Below are positions 24,201-38,173 of a DNA stretch of 64,000 nucleotides, piece after piece. How positions within the stretch are numbered: position 1 is the stretch's first letter; each line of letters opens with the position of its first letter. The translations under genes and the position numbers were made by a program. The notes under the pieces are model-generated. The model made no database searches, was not told the DNA's origin, and worked only from the letters and a program-made list of their open reading frames with translations. Source of the stretch: Lepidodermella squamata (Eukaryota; Animalia; Gastrotricha); NCBI GenBank assembly GCA_047495785.1, contig JBLDXI010000015.1:1426001-1490000 (forward strand). The letters are read 5' to 3'.

Positions 24201-25113
24201 TAGCATTGAAGAAAAATCTCGGAATGCTTGGATCAGGCTCCGTCCCTGGATCAGCTGGCTGGAAGCATGGATCTGAAAGAGGAATCACGCTTTTCCTGCA
24301 TTACTAATTTCAACCCCAATTAAACCTGAGGAAAGCGTGGCGGGGACGGCAGTGGCCGGTGCAGTCGTGCTCTAAATTGAAAACATGTAATAAAACGTAA
24401 AAGGGTGACAAAAATTAGTTTATAAAAACCTTCGAGACGCGACCTCGGGTCGAAGCTGCTATCGACCATATAATTCCTGGCGACCTAGTGACGGAGTCGA
24501 AATCTGGTATTTCGATTATATCATTCTATCGGAACAAGTTTCGCGAAATTTCATTAAAAATGCTGAAAGTTCTAGCATTACATCGCTGTGATCGTTGTCA
24601 TAGTCACTGTCTGGATCGTCCGGCATAACACGACGCGTAGTAGGTTTCGGTGGTATGTACTGAAAATTAAACGACCCGTCCAGATTTTTCTAGGTCGATT
24701 GAGCAAAACTCACTGCGTAAGTTACGGCAGCCTTAGTCGAGGGTAAATTTCCATCTGGGAAGCACATCTTTTCGCATTCCTCTCTGGTTTCAAATCTGTT
24801 CGTATTCCCTCCAGATCCAGTCCATGTGAATGCTTGGCAGGCTGATGTGCGGATGTTAAAAAAATACCGGATGTCGAGATCGGCGTAACTTCCGTTGCCT
24901 TGATCTCTCGGAAACATGCAGATATTCGCTAAGATAAAAAGGAGCCATTTTCGAATTTTTTTCGTGGGATAGGATTTTCATACCAATGTTCGGTGGGTAT
25001 GTTGGCACCTGCGATACTTCAAAAACTATGTCACATGACGCTCCCTGAAAATTGGCAACGGACACAACGAGGAGCGTGACAAAAGCGTGCGGATAACTAA
25101 AAGCTGGTGTCAT
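21288..25113 (-). CDS. Secreted multi-exon protein: Kunitz-Kunitz-Thr-rich mucin-Kunitz-PAN
   Basis: Signal peptide at 25113. Kunitz motifs RYFFN...CQAFTWTGSGGNTNRF, RFFFN...SGSGGNENRF and RFYYD...YRGCGGTANNF. Many TTT/PTT exons at 22000-24000. C-terminal CRNKC...CSGFTH...C PAN motif. Confidence 0.85.
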
Positions 25114-26942
25114 TTGCGGTCATCAGCAGTTAAACTAGCACGAATAATTCATGATGTGCTTACGTAGAATGCTATAATTGTTTTTAAATTGCAAGACCCT
25201 CCCGAGAGCGTAATTTTTTACGACGGCATGTTTTACTACCTGCTTCTCATGTTGTTGTGCACTCGGCAGCTAAAAAGATGACCATGCGCCGAGGATAGAT
25301 AACGTTGAGCCATTTGTAAATATGTCATTGCCGCACGTGGGTTAAGCAGTTTTATGTGTGGCGTGTGTATGTGTATGTGGTGGAAGTCATTTTTCAAATA
25401 ATAAATAACTGACACGGCTATTAGGATTTCTTTTGGAAGAAACAAAAAAAAAAGCAATAACAACATTGAAATTTTAATCTCTCCGTTTTTTGTAACGCAC
25501 ACGTAGCTTTGCGAAAGACGAAACCGCAAAGCGGCAGATGACAGGTGTCAGCACGAAGAAACCGCAGGTAATTGGTATAATTATACACGATCAAAGAGAC
25601 TGACATGCTGGCACAAGTCTAAAAGTATCTCAAAGGTTCCACAAAGCACAAAGGCTTCAAGTGCCGGTCATATTTGAGTATATTGCAAACATTATACATT
25701 CTGCCACTTCTATATAAGATGATCACCTCTCTTCAATCCATCAAAATTCACCCTCTTCAATCGTGGTAGCATCGGCAGAGTATTTGCCAACCAGTGAGTG
25801 ACAAGGCCTTCATTTATAGGTTAAAATGTTATTAGGCCGATGCCGAGTGTCAGTTGGGGTTTGCTTAAAACTTTCTCCGCGTGCAAAAAGTAGCAAAGCT
25901 ATTTATAACTGCTTATTACTTCATTACGTACTGTAAAACCTGTTATCTCGAAGGCTCACGGTGCCATTCGACATTCGACCCGTTCTTCCAGAGAGATTCG
26001 AGATAGAGACAGACATAAATAACAGGAAATCACCCCTGGGTCTATTTTAAAGCGTTTATTTCATCACCCCAATACATTTTATTGAACATTAGCGCAAGAC
26101 GTGAAATATTCGTCATACCAGTAATTACCCAAGTCGCGAGCCACGTTGTCGGCCTTAAATGCGCTAGGATAAGCCGCGTGACCTGAAATAAAGTATTCAA
26201 GTAGGATTACGCAACGTGGGAGTTGTCGATTACGAGCGGCTTCAGCTTCTCGCTGAGAGCGCTACAGGGAGGTAAACAACACGATTAGCCACGATTCTCC
26301 TCTGTAAGTCACATCTCGGCTGGTGAAGACCATATTGAAGCAACACTGGAGAAGAGAAATTTACGTCAGCGGGCTATCCGAAATTGCCCCATCCTTGCTA
26401 AAACCTTATTTTACACCATCGTCTACCAATGAAGCCAAAAAACTTCTTAATTTTCTTCTTCATGATTTATTTTTGCAATACCGTTAGATCTCTCAGCAAT
26501 TGTTGTAGTTAACCCAAAACGAAAAAAGGATAAACGAAATTGATCCGAAAAGAAAACAAAATAATTAAAGCAAGTTGTGCAGCAACGTGTATAAAGAAGC
26601 TTCACCACAGAAAATGGCATGTTGATAAAATGATAGTAAAATAAAATGATTGGCAAACATCACACCAAATAGACTCAGATGCACTCATAATTTCAAAAAT
26701 AACTTTCAGACCGTGATAAAAAATATACATTTCAAACCATCAAAGCACGTCGAACAGCAGAGGCTAGAAAGAGTTTGTGAAGGGGGAAAACTGGCACATA
26801 GATTTAGTAAAGTAGTCACGAAACTAGAAGGGAAGCACAACAGTAATATCTAATCTCGGAAGTTTGCGCTAGAATGCTGTACAACGGCACCACAATACAG
26901 GAATTATCAGAAGAAATAATCAAAACAAATCAGCGGAATGCT

Positions 26943-29900
26943 TCATTCCCCAACCACCGCCTCGGGTTTCACGGTCAGGTTACGCTGTTCTGCCAGCATT
27001 TCTAGAGCGTCCAGAAACCCGTTCGGCATATGATCGGCTAGCATACGAGGGGACACAATGACATGGTCGTAGATGGACCGACAAGTTCGCACAATTTTCA
27101 GCTCGACATAGCCCTTTTCCTTCGAATTAGACGGCGCGTGCCACTGCCTAACAATGTGATAGATCGATCCGGGCAGTTGCAACGGCTGGTGGTGCACGCG
27201 GATCCCTAAACGGTGAGCTTTTTCGTGAGCACTAGTTTCTCTACTCAGCATTTCAGTTTCAGAATTCGCGCCAGCTTCTACCGTAATCCCGGCATCTAAC
27301 GGCTGATGCTCCTCGGCATCTGGCGACGCAGAATCCGGCGTTATCGAGTCGTCGAAGTTAATACACACAGAATTACGCATAGTTTTAATTGTTGAGAAGT
27401 CTATTTTGTTACTGGTATCACTTGAGTTATTTTTCACGGTAGACGCCGAACAACATGAAGCTGCGTTACCTATAACTGCCCATTTTGTTTGGTTGCATGA
27501 TCTCAGTACGTTAACAATATCAGTGCGTAGAGCTTCGATTTGGCGTAGGCCAATGCGCGGCACTACGTCTTTGCCTAGAATTACGCTGGTCACAAAGTTT
27601 TGCGTGTATCTCGCCGCCGAAACGCCTAAAAGGCCGCCTGGTGGCGAAAATGCGTAGACAAGTAAATCAGGGTGACTAGGTTTTAGTAGAATTCCGAGTA
27701 AACTGGCAACCCCTGCGCCGAGGGAGTGCCCTACAAAAACTAGGCCGAATTTCGAGGAAGTTCCGTACAACTCCTCAGCACGATCGAAGGCTCTCTCGAG
27801 TATTTTTTCATTCAGCAAACGATCACGTAACGCGATCGAAGCTGCCAGCATGCCTTTGTGAGCTACCCAAGAGTCGGAGGGCTCGTCAAACGCCTGTAAT
27901 ATCGGAATCTGAGCACTGTCTGCGTTCAAATCCGTTACAACGTCTGACAACGATAGAGTACCCCTTACTGAAACGACTACAGCTTTCAGCTTAGCATCGA
28001 GAAGTACTATGAAAGCAGTTTCGCCGATTCCGGACTCAAAATCTGCATATACTAGATCGGTTTCGGCAATCTCGGTCTGGCGAAAAACTGCCTGGGTGTT
28101 GAGTTTACACGGGTTATCATGCAAAATCTCGGCGTTCAACGTGGATTCAGACCTACGGCAACACCTGCACGACGACAACGGGCCTGTGATGGCGAAACCA
28201 GGGTGTTTCAACACGTAAAACGGCCAACCAGTTGCGGAATGGGCGAATTTGAAAACTCTCAATAATCTCAACACCAATTCAGAATCGGCTAGATTTCTCT
28301 CTGGGTGTAACATTGTTAAGGCGGGTAGGCGGTGATGCTCCTCCTCCGTATCTTCTTGGCTCTCCAGGGCAACAGGAATGCCGGAAAGCACTTTGATGCG
28401 ATGAGTCACGCTTTGTCGAATCACCCGTTTCTGCGCCCGTCTCAGCAAAATGAGACCAACTATTATGTCTGACATGACTAGATCAGCATCACCAAATAGT
28501 TCCCCGAAAATTTTGGCAACCTCAAGGAAAGTCGCTTGCTGTGTCCGGCGTTCAGAGCCAAGACAGCAGAATAATAGGTTAAATTGTTTGTACCACGTTT
28601 TTGTGTAGTCCTCTTTTGCCTGGCGCGCTTTAAGCAGGCGCCGTTTTGTATGTGAGATTTTTATGCGTTCCTGGTGTTGTTGGTCCGTTCCTGCTGATTG
28701 TTGTTGTTGCAATGGGGACATGTTCACAGTGGCAGCTGAGGCTGCTCCAACGGCTTTTTGAAGCCGATACCACTGACCACCTTGGTTCAATTATGATTTT
28801 GGATCTTCTGATGATAAGTTTAGTAATTTTACCTGAAAAGTCGTATGAACAGACAGCGATTAACGGTAAAAGAACAACCACGACATTTTCACAGATTGCG
28901 ATAGCTGAAATTCAAAGGATCGAGTTAAAACTGAGATAGGATTTGAAAGTAAAGACTCACCTAATAAAATTGTTGAAGTGGTCGAGTTTCGTACACATGG
29001 ACAACCGTACCACCAAACGTACGTGAAAGCAACATAGCAGATTTCAGCCGAAATGAAAACTGGAAGAAAAATTGCGAATTAAAATAGAGCATGCAAATTA
29101 GAGCATACTTCGATATTTAGAATAAGCTATCGAAAAACTCGGTTGAGAATAACTGAATTGCGAATTTTACTATAATTACGTTTTGAAAACATCGAAAGAC
29201 CAACCAATGATATACTTCTAGCTCAACACAACCGGATCCATTGCTATGACTTGAAAATGATAATAAGAGCCTTTTCACTACACTTTCCGACATTTAAAGA
29301 GCTCAGATCCGGTACAATGGTTCGACCCGATCTGCAAAGACTGGTACGATCGGTACAACTTCGCCCGCATGCTGAGCAATGACGAGAATAAGTCGATCGC
29401 ATAACTGATCGAATGCAACGCAGCGCCCAGATCGATCGCGGCGCACATGAGACGCGAAACTGGCAAGAAGGCGAGGCCGAAAACGGTTAGTAACATGCGA
29501 CAAGCTGTGAACAGAACACCCGACGAAGTGACTGTGACCCTCAAGCAGGTGCGCGACGATGTTGGCGTGGTTCCTCTTGACGCGCCGGATGGCAAAATCA
29601 ACTCGCTACTCGTTCCATGATTGATGACGTCAAGCGCTTCAAGCCTACCCCGATTTTACTCGACACCACATTCAAAACTAACGTCGAAAACTATAAGGTG
29701 AGTCTAATTTATATCAAAATTGGTTATTATTCGGCTTTTTGATTAAAGGTCATCAAAGTCGTTTATCGGTGCCCATAAACAGCCAGCAATCCCGTTGCTG
29801 CTTGCGGACGAACGGAAAGCGAATCTTCCAGTTGTGCTGGAAGAACTTAAGAAGATCTACCAGCCGGATTTCTTCTTTGTCGACAAGGATTTCGATCAGC

Positions 29901-31041
29901 TCGAACTTCTATTCCATTTAAATTCTCTTTAAATTATCAAAATTCGCCGACTTGAAATGCACTTCACGTGCTCTCAGAGATTACTTGATGCTCTATCCTG
30001 GTTTCCAGGAAACGATGGACCGTAACGAAACGGCTGATGCTAGCAAGGCCCGTTCCGTGATTAAACCAGTGGAAAGTGTTGTGGAGTCGATGGGCTCGAT
30101 CGTGAGAAAGCCACAGTGTCAAACTACGTTCAATCTTTACGATCTAGCAGCTTAAGCTTAAGCTAGGAAGCTAGAAACCATTCGATGGAATGGTACAGGA
30201 AGCCAATGCCTTGATATGAAACGTTAAATCTATCATTGCATTGCTACAAACACTGACGAAACATCGAAAATCAAGCTAACATCGAAAGTCATTACTCGTA
30301 TTTCCGTAGCTAACGTATTGGATAGCTTGGAAAATCTGGATTTCATTCTAAATTGAACTCAAATTTAGGCTTGTAAGAAAAATGTCCGAAAACTATCTAC
30401 CATTTCTGTCAATTTTGATTGTTTCCTGAACCAAAATATTCTACGTCATATCTGCAAGTTTTCCAGCTCTGAAGGACTTCAGGGAGAAAATAGCGTAATT
30501 CGATCATTTTGTGTGTTTTCCATAATAGGAGCGCAATTATGGTAAAAAATTATGAAAATTTACCATATCTTGTGCCAAGGAAAGGAACAACGCGCATCCG
30601 CGGAACAGCATTCATAATGGTACCCTGGTTGCTGTAGAAGGCAATCGCGAGCTCGAGGAGGAACGCGCCCGTGAGAACAAGGGCGCACAGCGAGATCAAC
30701 ACCGGAAACGTATAGACGGGGCATATCGCATCAGCCGAGGAGGTATTAGAGTTGAAACTCGTCAGGTCGAAAACGGAAGACAACGTTGATTGTTTTGTCG
30801 CATTACTTGAGCTTCTGACGTCAGGCAAACAGCTCTGCCTCGAGCTAACCAGGTAAAGACCAGTCGCGATTGAAAAACTGAACAAACTGAAAATTTGTGA
30901 AAATATAGCATTTTTTGGGAAAATAATTGGAAATTTTTTAGCTTACCATGCTGCGTGGACTATGACGAAAAAGCAAGCCGGAATGAGCAAGTCATCGCTT
31001 CCGAACGACCAACGGCGATGACACAGCTTCAAAGACGGCAT
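26943..31041 (-). CDS. DAGL: Diacylglycerol lipase (DAGL family) paralog 1; exons 31041-30947, 30886-30564, 29059-28961, 28904-~28833, ~28780-26943
   Basis: MPSLKLCHRRWSFGSDD N-terminus, four TM segments, SVRGTLS, HKGM, GHSLGAG (Ser), AFSPPGG, KDVVPR (Asp) and DHMP (His). Confidence 0.9.
29290..30000 (+). mobile_element. MULE/Mutator transposase relic in DAGL-1 intron 2
   Basis: ILLDTTFKTNVENYK (~29653-29697), FFFVDKDFDQL (~29868-29900) and a frameshifted C-x-x-H-like segment near 29955. Stops and frameshifts present. Confidence 0.7.
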
Positions 31042-31568
31042 GCACCACACAGAACCACTGACTAGAAAATTCTTAAAAAAGATCCTAAAAAATTGCACAA
31101 ATAATTAAAATAGGATTTTAATAATTCAGCATAAAATAATATAGGCACAGCGCTTGAATCAGCTGGGATGCATAAATTTCGATGGAATATTCAAATGTTA
31201 GTGAAACAGCACACCGGAAACTGGTTTTTGGTCTTAATAGTAATACAAAAACACTCTCAGCAGGCAGTTTTTAAAAGAGGTTATCATGTATTAAAGCGCA
31301 ACACAATATTTTGTCATGTACCGACCGATTTCAAGCACAACCAATGCGTCAGTGCTTAAAAAATAGCTGCGATAAGCGGTATAAAATAGGAAGCAGATTC
31401 TTTTCACCTCGAAAAATATGCGTAAATTTCTACAACAAACAGGCAAGATCTCTCTCCCACTCAGCAGTTTCAACAAAAAAATAAGATTTTTTTCTAGTTA
31501 ATATATCACTCGAAGCTGCATAAAATAATATTGAATGAGGTTAAAAAATTCGAGAATAATTTTGTAAT

Positions 31569-34500
31569 TCAAGCTTCAACGCTTTCTTTGTTCATAAAAC
31601 TGTCAAGGCACTTTAGAATTTCCGAGGTGAAGTGGTCCGATAACATGTAGGACGATACGATAACGTCGTCGTAGTCGAACCGCGACAGCCCAGAGCCGAT
31701 AACTTTCATCTCGCTGCCGCTCTGGCGACTCTCTCGAACGATGTGGCCCAGTTTGCCTGGCAGGTACAGCTGTTTGATGACTGGCTTGTACGGCCGGGCG
31801 TCGAGTGGATGGCGCGTTTCTCGCGGTTGGTTCCTCAGCCGGCGCAATTCGCCGTAGTCGACTTGTTCGATGAATTTGTTCAGATACGTGTCCCATACGT
31901 CGGAGGTTGAGCAGAAAATGTGCGAACAAGTTACAGCAGACACAAAGGGCCACTTTAAAAAATAAAATAAAATGAAAAATTTGAATTATAGGAAAAACAA
32001 ATTTCAGTCGTTCGGATTTCTCAAAAATTTAATAATTTCTCGATAGGATCATCCCATAGAATATTTAGTTATATTTTCACATGATGCCAGTATCCGAAAA
32101 AACCCCATTAAATAGCCCAAAATCCTCATTTTTCAATTTTTTTGCAAAAATTATAGCTTCAATATGTGTAAAAAATCGAGGTACGGAACATCCCCATGAA
32201 AGAGGGTAGGAAAATAAAAATTGCTATTGCCTTGCTAGCAACGATTCTCTGAGCCGGCGTGCTTTGAAATTTCAAATTTATACTGGAAAATGTCCGAAGA
32301 GAGGGAGCTAACCCACCTTAATTTTATTTAGCTCTACGTAAAGAAAATGTTTCACGATTACCTGAGCTCTTGGGCTGGAATGGCCCAGCTTATCAATAAT
32401 TTATCGCGCAGCCAGTGGCCACTACAATTTCCACGTAAAAATTGATATTTATTGACGTAGGCGATAATGATGATTTCACAAACATTAAACTCGCGAAAAA
32501 CAATCAATAACAATTTTGAAAGTGTGGGACGGATGAAAGCTGATTTTCGCACTCTCAGTCCAAACACAAATAAAAAGCATCCTAATACACAAAATGCTGG
32601 GCCAAAGCAAGGAAGAAAACATTTTATAGGGTATGCTTTTAAGAAAAATTGGCTGAGACGCGTCTCGCGCATACTTTTCGACACTTTTTGCTAATAAAGA
32701 CTTGCCCATTGGGGTTATATTGGTGCATGAAATATAGCACAAATTTTGTGCTTCTAAGATTTCAGATTTATTTTCCTTAGGCCGACGTTAAAACTCGAAA
32801 ATTTCAATTTTTAGCTATAAATTCATGGTAAAAATTTCATAAAGAAAATGCATACAGAAAATGGCTTACCTTTGTTTTTTGATAGAGATCAAGCACATTC
32901 AGCATGTCTTGTCGTAAATTCTCCAATTGCCGTTTACCCATTCTATCGAATAGCAAAAGTACACATATTAACGGCGAAAAAGAAATTAGCAATTTACAAA
33001 TATTTCCCTGATTGAAAAACGCCAACTCTCGCAGAAATATATACACATAAACTCATAATGCGAAGATAGCGCGTGCGGAAAATGCAAATGATCGGTTCTA
33101 GTTTATATTACATTCGCACTATCAATAGCAAGATATATAATATGTAAAATGGTGTGTACTCATTCCGACCCGTTTTTCTAGAGTATAGACGCCCGTTTCT
33201 AGAAGAAATGACGCGGGTGGATCAATATTATTACTACTAGTACCACGGATGATGATGATGATTCAAATTGGTTTTGCAAAAAGGGCTCAAGAATTCGCAT
33301 GTCTCAAGGGAGTCTTTTGTCTTCACACATCGATATGCATTATCCCTGACAAAATAATGATTTTTCACGGACAAAACAATTACCTAGGAATGACATCTTT
33401 CCCCAGAATAAATGTCCGAGTGAACGAGTCGGTATATTCGGCAGCTGGTAGACTGAAAAAAATCAGAAAAAAATTATCAGAAAAATCAGATTTGGAAAAA
33501 ACTAACGATAGAAGGCCACCAGGCGGCGAAAAGCAAACAACTTCGAGCGAGGGATATTCCTCCTTAAGAAAAATTCCCAGCATAGCAGCTGTACCGGCTC
33601 CGAGTGAGTGGCCGGTCAGTAATAAGCCGAATTCTTCCACCTCCGGATAGTGATCCTTATCGGGGGATAAAATAATATTTTTGTTATCAAAATTAGCTGC
33701 GGGAATTTTCTCACCTGCGCAACGTGGAAGGCCCGTTCCAACAGTTTGCCCTTAACCAGGTGGGTTTTCACATAAACTGCAGCTTGTACAATGCCCTAGA
33801 AAAGGACAAATTCAGGCTTTTCCTCTCGAGTTGAATCGAAAAATTACTCGATGGCCTTTCCATTCAGGATCGCGATTTCCGCCGGGTAGAGGTAGCTCGG
33901 TAGTTTCAACGTTCAGATCGGTAAACACATCCTAAAAATACCAATTATAAATTAAAAAAAAATAAAATATATTTCTTTTAACATCAAATTGACTTATTCT
34001 ATCATCAAACTCTTTTTTCGACAGCAAACTTCAGAAATTATTATTTGATAGGGATTATTATTTGATAATAAAGTTGTGGATTTTAAGTGCTTGTGACTTC
34101 ATATCAACATCATCTCATATAAAAAATTCTCTTTATCTGTCGTTTGTAAATCACCAATAATGAAGAAGTTGCTAATGAAAACTCGTTTCAACTCTTCTTA
34201 ATCGGAATCGGGTACAGCAAGTATACCCAAAAGCTCGCGGAATTCTCAAGTAAGGAAGCGGCTAAAGAATGGGTAAAGAAAAACACGCCGAACAACCTCG
34301 CAAGCGGTGACGAATCGAGGTTTACCGTCGACGAATAATGCGAACCAGTCGGGCAATCGGGACATCAAACGAACTTTGATCGGGACAGCGCAGCAACAGC
34401 TGAAACTGATCAACCTCTTCGAACAATTTCTGTTCAAAGCTTTTCCGTTTTGGTCGTACAGACGAGACAAGAACAACGTCACACATTTTTCAACACAATC

Positions 34501-37500
34501 TGAGCCTGGACTTGGATCTTTGGCGAGGTACTATCGGGTTAACAAAAATTTTTAACTCGCCACATGCTGCCCAACATTGGAGAAAGCATGTACGAAGAAT
34601 TAAAACACGACATAAAGCGCTACTTTGAACGATGAATTGATGATCCGAATAATTAGTGAACTCGTTGAATGGAAAATGGAAGTGAAAAACCGATCAAGCA
34701 CATTTGATACACGATTTCGCTACATGTGACAATGCGTCTGAAACTTATTCTCAGCTTTCTCGACTTTCGACAGGGAAACGTTCGAAAAGGCCAAAAAATG
34801 GCACAGCGAGGCTACTCGTCCGACCAAATTACCTAAAATTTGCTGGCTGAAGGCAGCCCCTATTTAGCCTATTTAGCTGATGAACCGCAAGAAGGAAACG
34901 AAAAGTCGCCTGTAGCTCTCTGCTTAAATCTGGCGATTTCAAGAAACTGAGTTTGAAAATGATGATGAAATGAGAAAATGAGTGTGATACTGATACTGTT
35001 ATTGTTACAAGCGCGGCAAGGGAAAGCCTTGCGGATGTTATGCTATCAGCGCTAAGTGTTCTTACAAGTTGAGGTTTGTTGGGTGCACTAATAGGTAAAT
35101 AAAAGGGCGACGACTGAGTAACACGGGCGCCTTTATTTACCTGCGCAATTATTTTATTTAGGGGCGACGCATTGAGTGCAGTGATCGAAGCTATTTTATA
35201 GCCAAAAAATTGTCTCCACTGAGTCATGCTTAGCGAAAAATTTAATTTGATTTCATCTGACTTCACAGGCGTGTCTGGCAGGGTCCAATTCACAACACAT
35301 TTTGTTTTTCCGACAATTTATGAAAAAAACGACGAGATGAATCATCGGGATGAATCTATGTTCGAACAATTGGGATTGAAAGTTTCAGTGAAATCAGAAA
35401 TTCATCGGAAATATGCGCATCAATTCCCAGCATAGCGTGCAGGTACCGCTTTTCGAACTGGAAAATTCTGTAAATTTCGAAAATTCTCTGGAAAAAATCA
35501 GCCATGAAAGATTCAAGGAATTGCTAAACGAATAAATTGTAAACTGCGACCTAAAATATTTTCAAAAAGAAAATTGATTTCAAGATCGAAAACAGCTTCC
35601 ATCAGTACACCCATTATTTATCCGATTTTAACATAAATAAAATAATTGCAAATTCCCGAAATTCTAAAGTTATCAAAATTCATGTCAATTAAATAGCAAA
35701 GCAAATTCAGCGATTTATTTGTATGAATAATTAATTGAAATTAATTGCGAAATTTGTTACTTGACATTTATCCTACAAGGGTGCTAATTTCGTCACGAAA
35801 TTTATGTTATTTTAGAATAATCTATTTAAGAAATTTTCCCAACGCTTGAAATGCTATAGAAATTGGTTTACCTCAAGTGACATAGTTCCGCGTATTGAAA
35901 TGACAACTTTGCGAAGAGCAGGGCTGACAACAACGATGAAGGCCGTTTGGAAGACGGCGCTGCGAAAATTGCAGTAGATGATATCGTGCGGCCGCAGGCC
36001 AGTCATTTGCACAACTGAGGCGTAGTTGCGATACCGCCCGTCGTCATTGCGCACTATTTGCTGGTTGCAAATGTGCGACTCGTCACAGCTGAGATCGTCG
36101 GCTGGATGAATCAATTCGCACGTCGCACAGCTGTCAGCGGATGACAAATTAAATTTACTTGAAAGAACTTGAAGTATTGACTGAACATTTTATGCTATTA
36201 ATAATTCAGCTAATAACAAATAGCGCAATTCATGTTGTTCAGAATTTTCTAATTATAAATAGGATTTTTGTCAGTAAAATCGTAAACAAATTCAACTAAA
36301 TTATAGGATTCCAATTGCCAAAAAATTAAGATTTTTTATTGAATTATAGGCTTACTTGTACTGATTCCACGCAAATCCAACGTCGTAACAGGAATCTTCA
36401 TAGGCATAAGTTTTCCAGCCGCCCGAGGCCATCGCTAGCCTGAGCACGGTTCGAATATATGTCAGCTCAATAGCGTCATTTTGCGGGTCCAAACATCGAA
36501 GTTTGTCAGTCATAGGAATACCAGATAAATGCTTCGTAGGTTGGCTGAGGAAATACTTTCTTTGGGCCTGGCCTAGAAGCGCCAGAGCAGTAACGTAATC
36601 GGTTGACGTCAGGTCCAAATACGCAAATTGTTCACACAATACTTCGCCAACAGCTCCAAAAATTGAATTGCTCTAAAATCGAAAAAAATGAAAATGAAAT
36701 TTCAATTTCATTTGGAATTTAAAATCAATCTTTTTTAATTAATTGAATTAATTTTTACTCACGTCTTTAGGTTTTCGAGCGCAAAAGCAGCAAAAGCACT
36801 TGTTGAAAGATCTCAACCAGGTTGAAGAATAGTGTTGCTCAGCAAGTTGAAGCGGGGTGTGTTTCCTATGCCGAGGCTTATGTCCGCCGCCGTACTCTGA
36901 AGCGGTCGAATTTCGCCGGCTTAACGCTTGAACTTCATGGGCTGATTCCGGCGCGAGGGCTTCGTTTTCCTGATCCTGTAAGGCGGTGGCTTCTAGATGC
37001 AATTTCAGCCATAGATGGCCGGTTCGATCGTGAGCCAGCAGGAGGAGAACGAGTAAGGATACACAACAGCCGCCCTCGCTAATGAGATTTACTGTGAAAA
37101 AATCAATCAATTTTGTAAATATTGGCCAATAATTTGAAATTGCATATTTGCATAATGAAAAAAGATCTACTTTAATTATTGATTAAACTCACTGATTATT
37201 ACAGCTCGATATATATCACTTTTGCAGTGTTCGAAGCAAAAGCGAGCCCAAATTATAGCGAGAATGACCCAGAACAACTCGAGGACACCAATACCATACC
37301 GCGCGATGATCAAATTATTGATCGGGTCGCGCGGGCTCGAATTGACAATTGTGCCTTTCGAGCTGATAATAATGAGGGCCAACTCGAAGGCGGAACACAG
37401 CACCAAAATGCCAAGTTGCACGAGAATCAACGGCGTCAGGCACAGCGCTGATATGTCGATGAGGGCAAATGCCGACCCGGCGGCTTCGTTCGGTATTCGA

Positions 37501-37691
37501 TCGTCGAAAATTTGCAGAATTAAAATCGCAACAACAGAAATCAAACTGCAAGAATAAATCGAGTTTTTTCAGAGCATTTTTTTCGTCTCAAATTACCAAG
37601 CAACATGTGTGATGAGGAAAAATGACGCAGGAATCACGACATCATCGCTCGACAACAACCACCGCCGTCCGCATAATTTCAGAAAAGGCAT
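31569..37691 (-). CDS. DAGL: Diacylglycerol lipase (DAGL family) paralog 2, about 11 exons, short C-terminal tail
   Basis: MPFLKLCGRRWLLSSDD, SSKGTI, ISIRGTMS, KGHR|GIVQAA, TGHSLGAG, FSPPGG, KDVIPR, LYLPG and SDHF across spliced exons. Confidence 0.88.
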
Positions 37692-38173
37692 TCAGATGTT
37701 AAATTTAAACAGCCTTTTCTAGGTAAATTAAAACAAAAAGGTTGTTAGTTTTCTCTGATTTCATCCATTTTTTATTCTCAGTCATCAATAATTTTACACG
37801 ATTCGTTATAACATAAATTCAGCATTTTAATAATTTCGATTTTCATACAGAATTTTTCGACTAAAATCATGCTTTATTCTCAGAATTGGAAGATACATGT
37901 TTCAAGGACGAAAAAGCCGAAATTACAACAGGTATTGCAAGTTTATTCTCACTTTTTTGGTTCCTCAATGAACAACACGTATAAAAAGTTTTCGTAATTC
38001 AGTCACCGTTGTTTCGCAACATAACTGACACTGGGACAGTATACAAAAATTGAACATGTTATATTTTTACAAAAAAAATGAAATCAAGTTTTTAGACAAA
38101 AATCCACCTTATTTTTATACACAGCGCGCATAAATATATTATTTTAGAAGACTTGACATGTTTTTTTTTTGGA

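Noticed and set aside
25926-26010. ctgtaaaacctgttatctcgaa...ttcgagatag, Tc1/pogo-like end
   Set aside because: No matching second terminus or TSD found.
35089-35142. Hairpin aggtaaataaaagggcg / cgcctttatttacct in a DAGL-2 intron
   Set aside because: Isolated short inverted repeat, probably a transposon scrap, with no further support.
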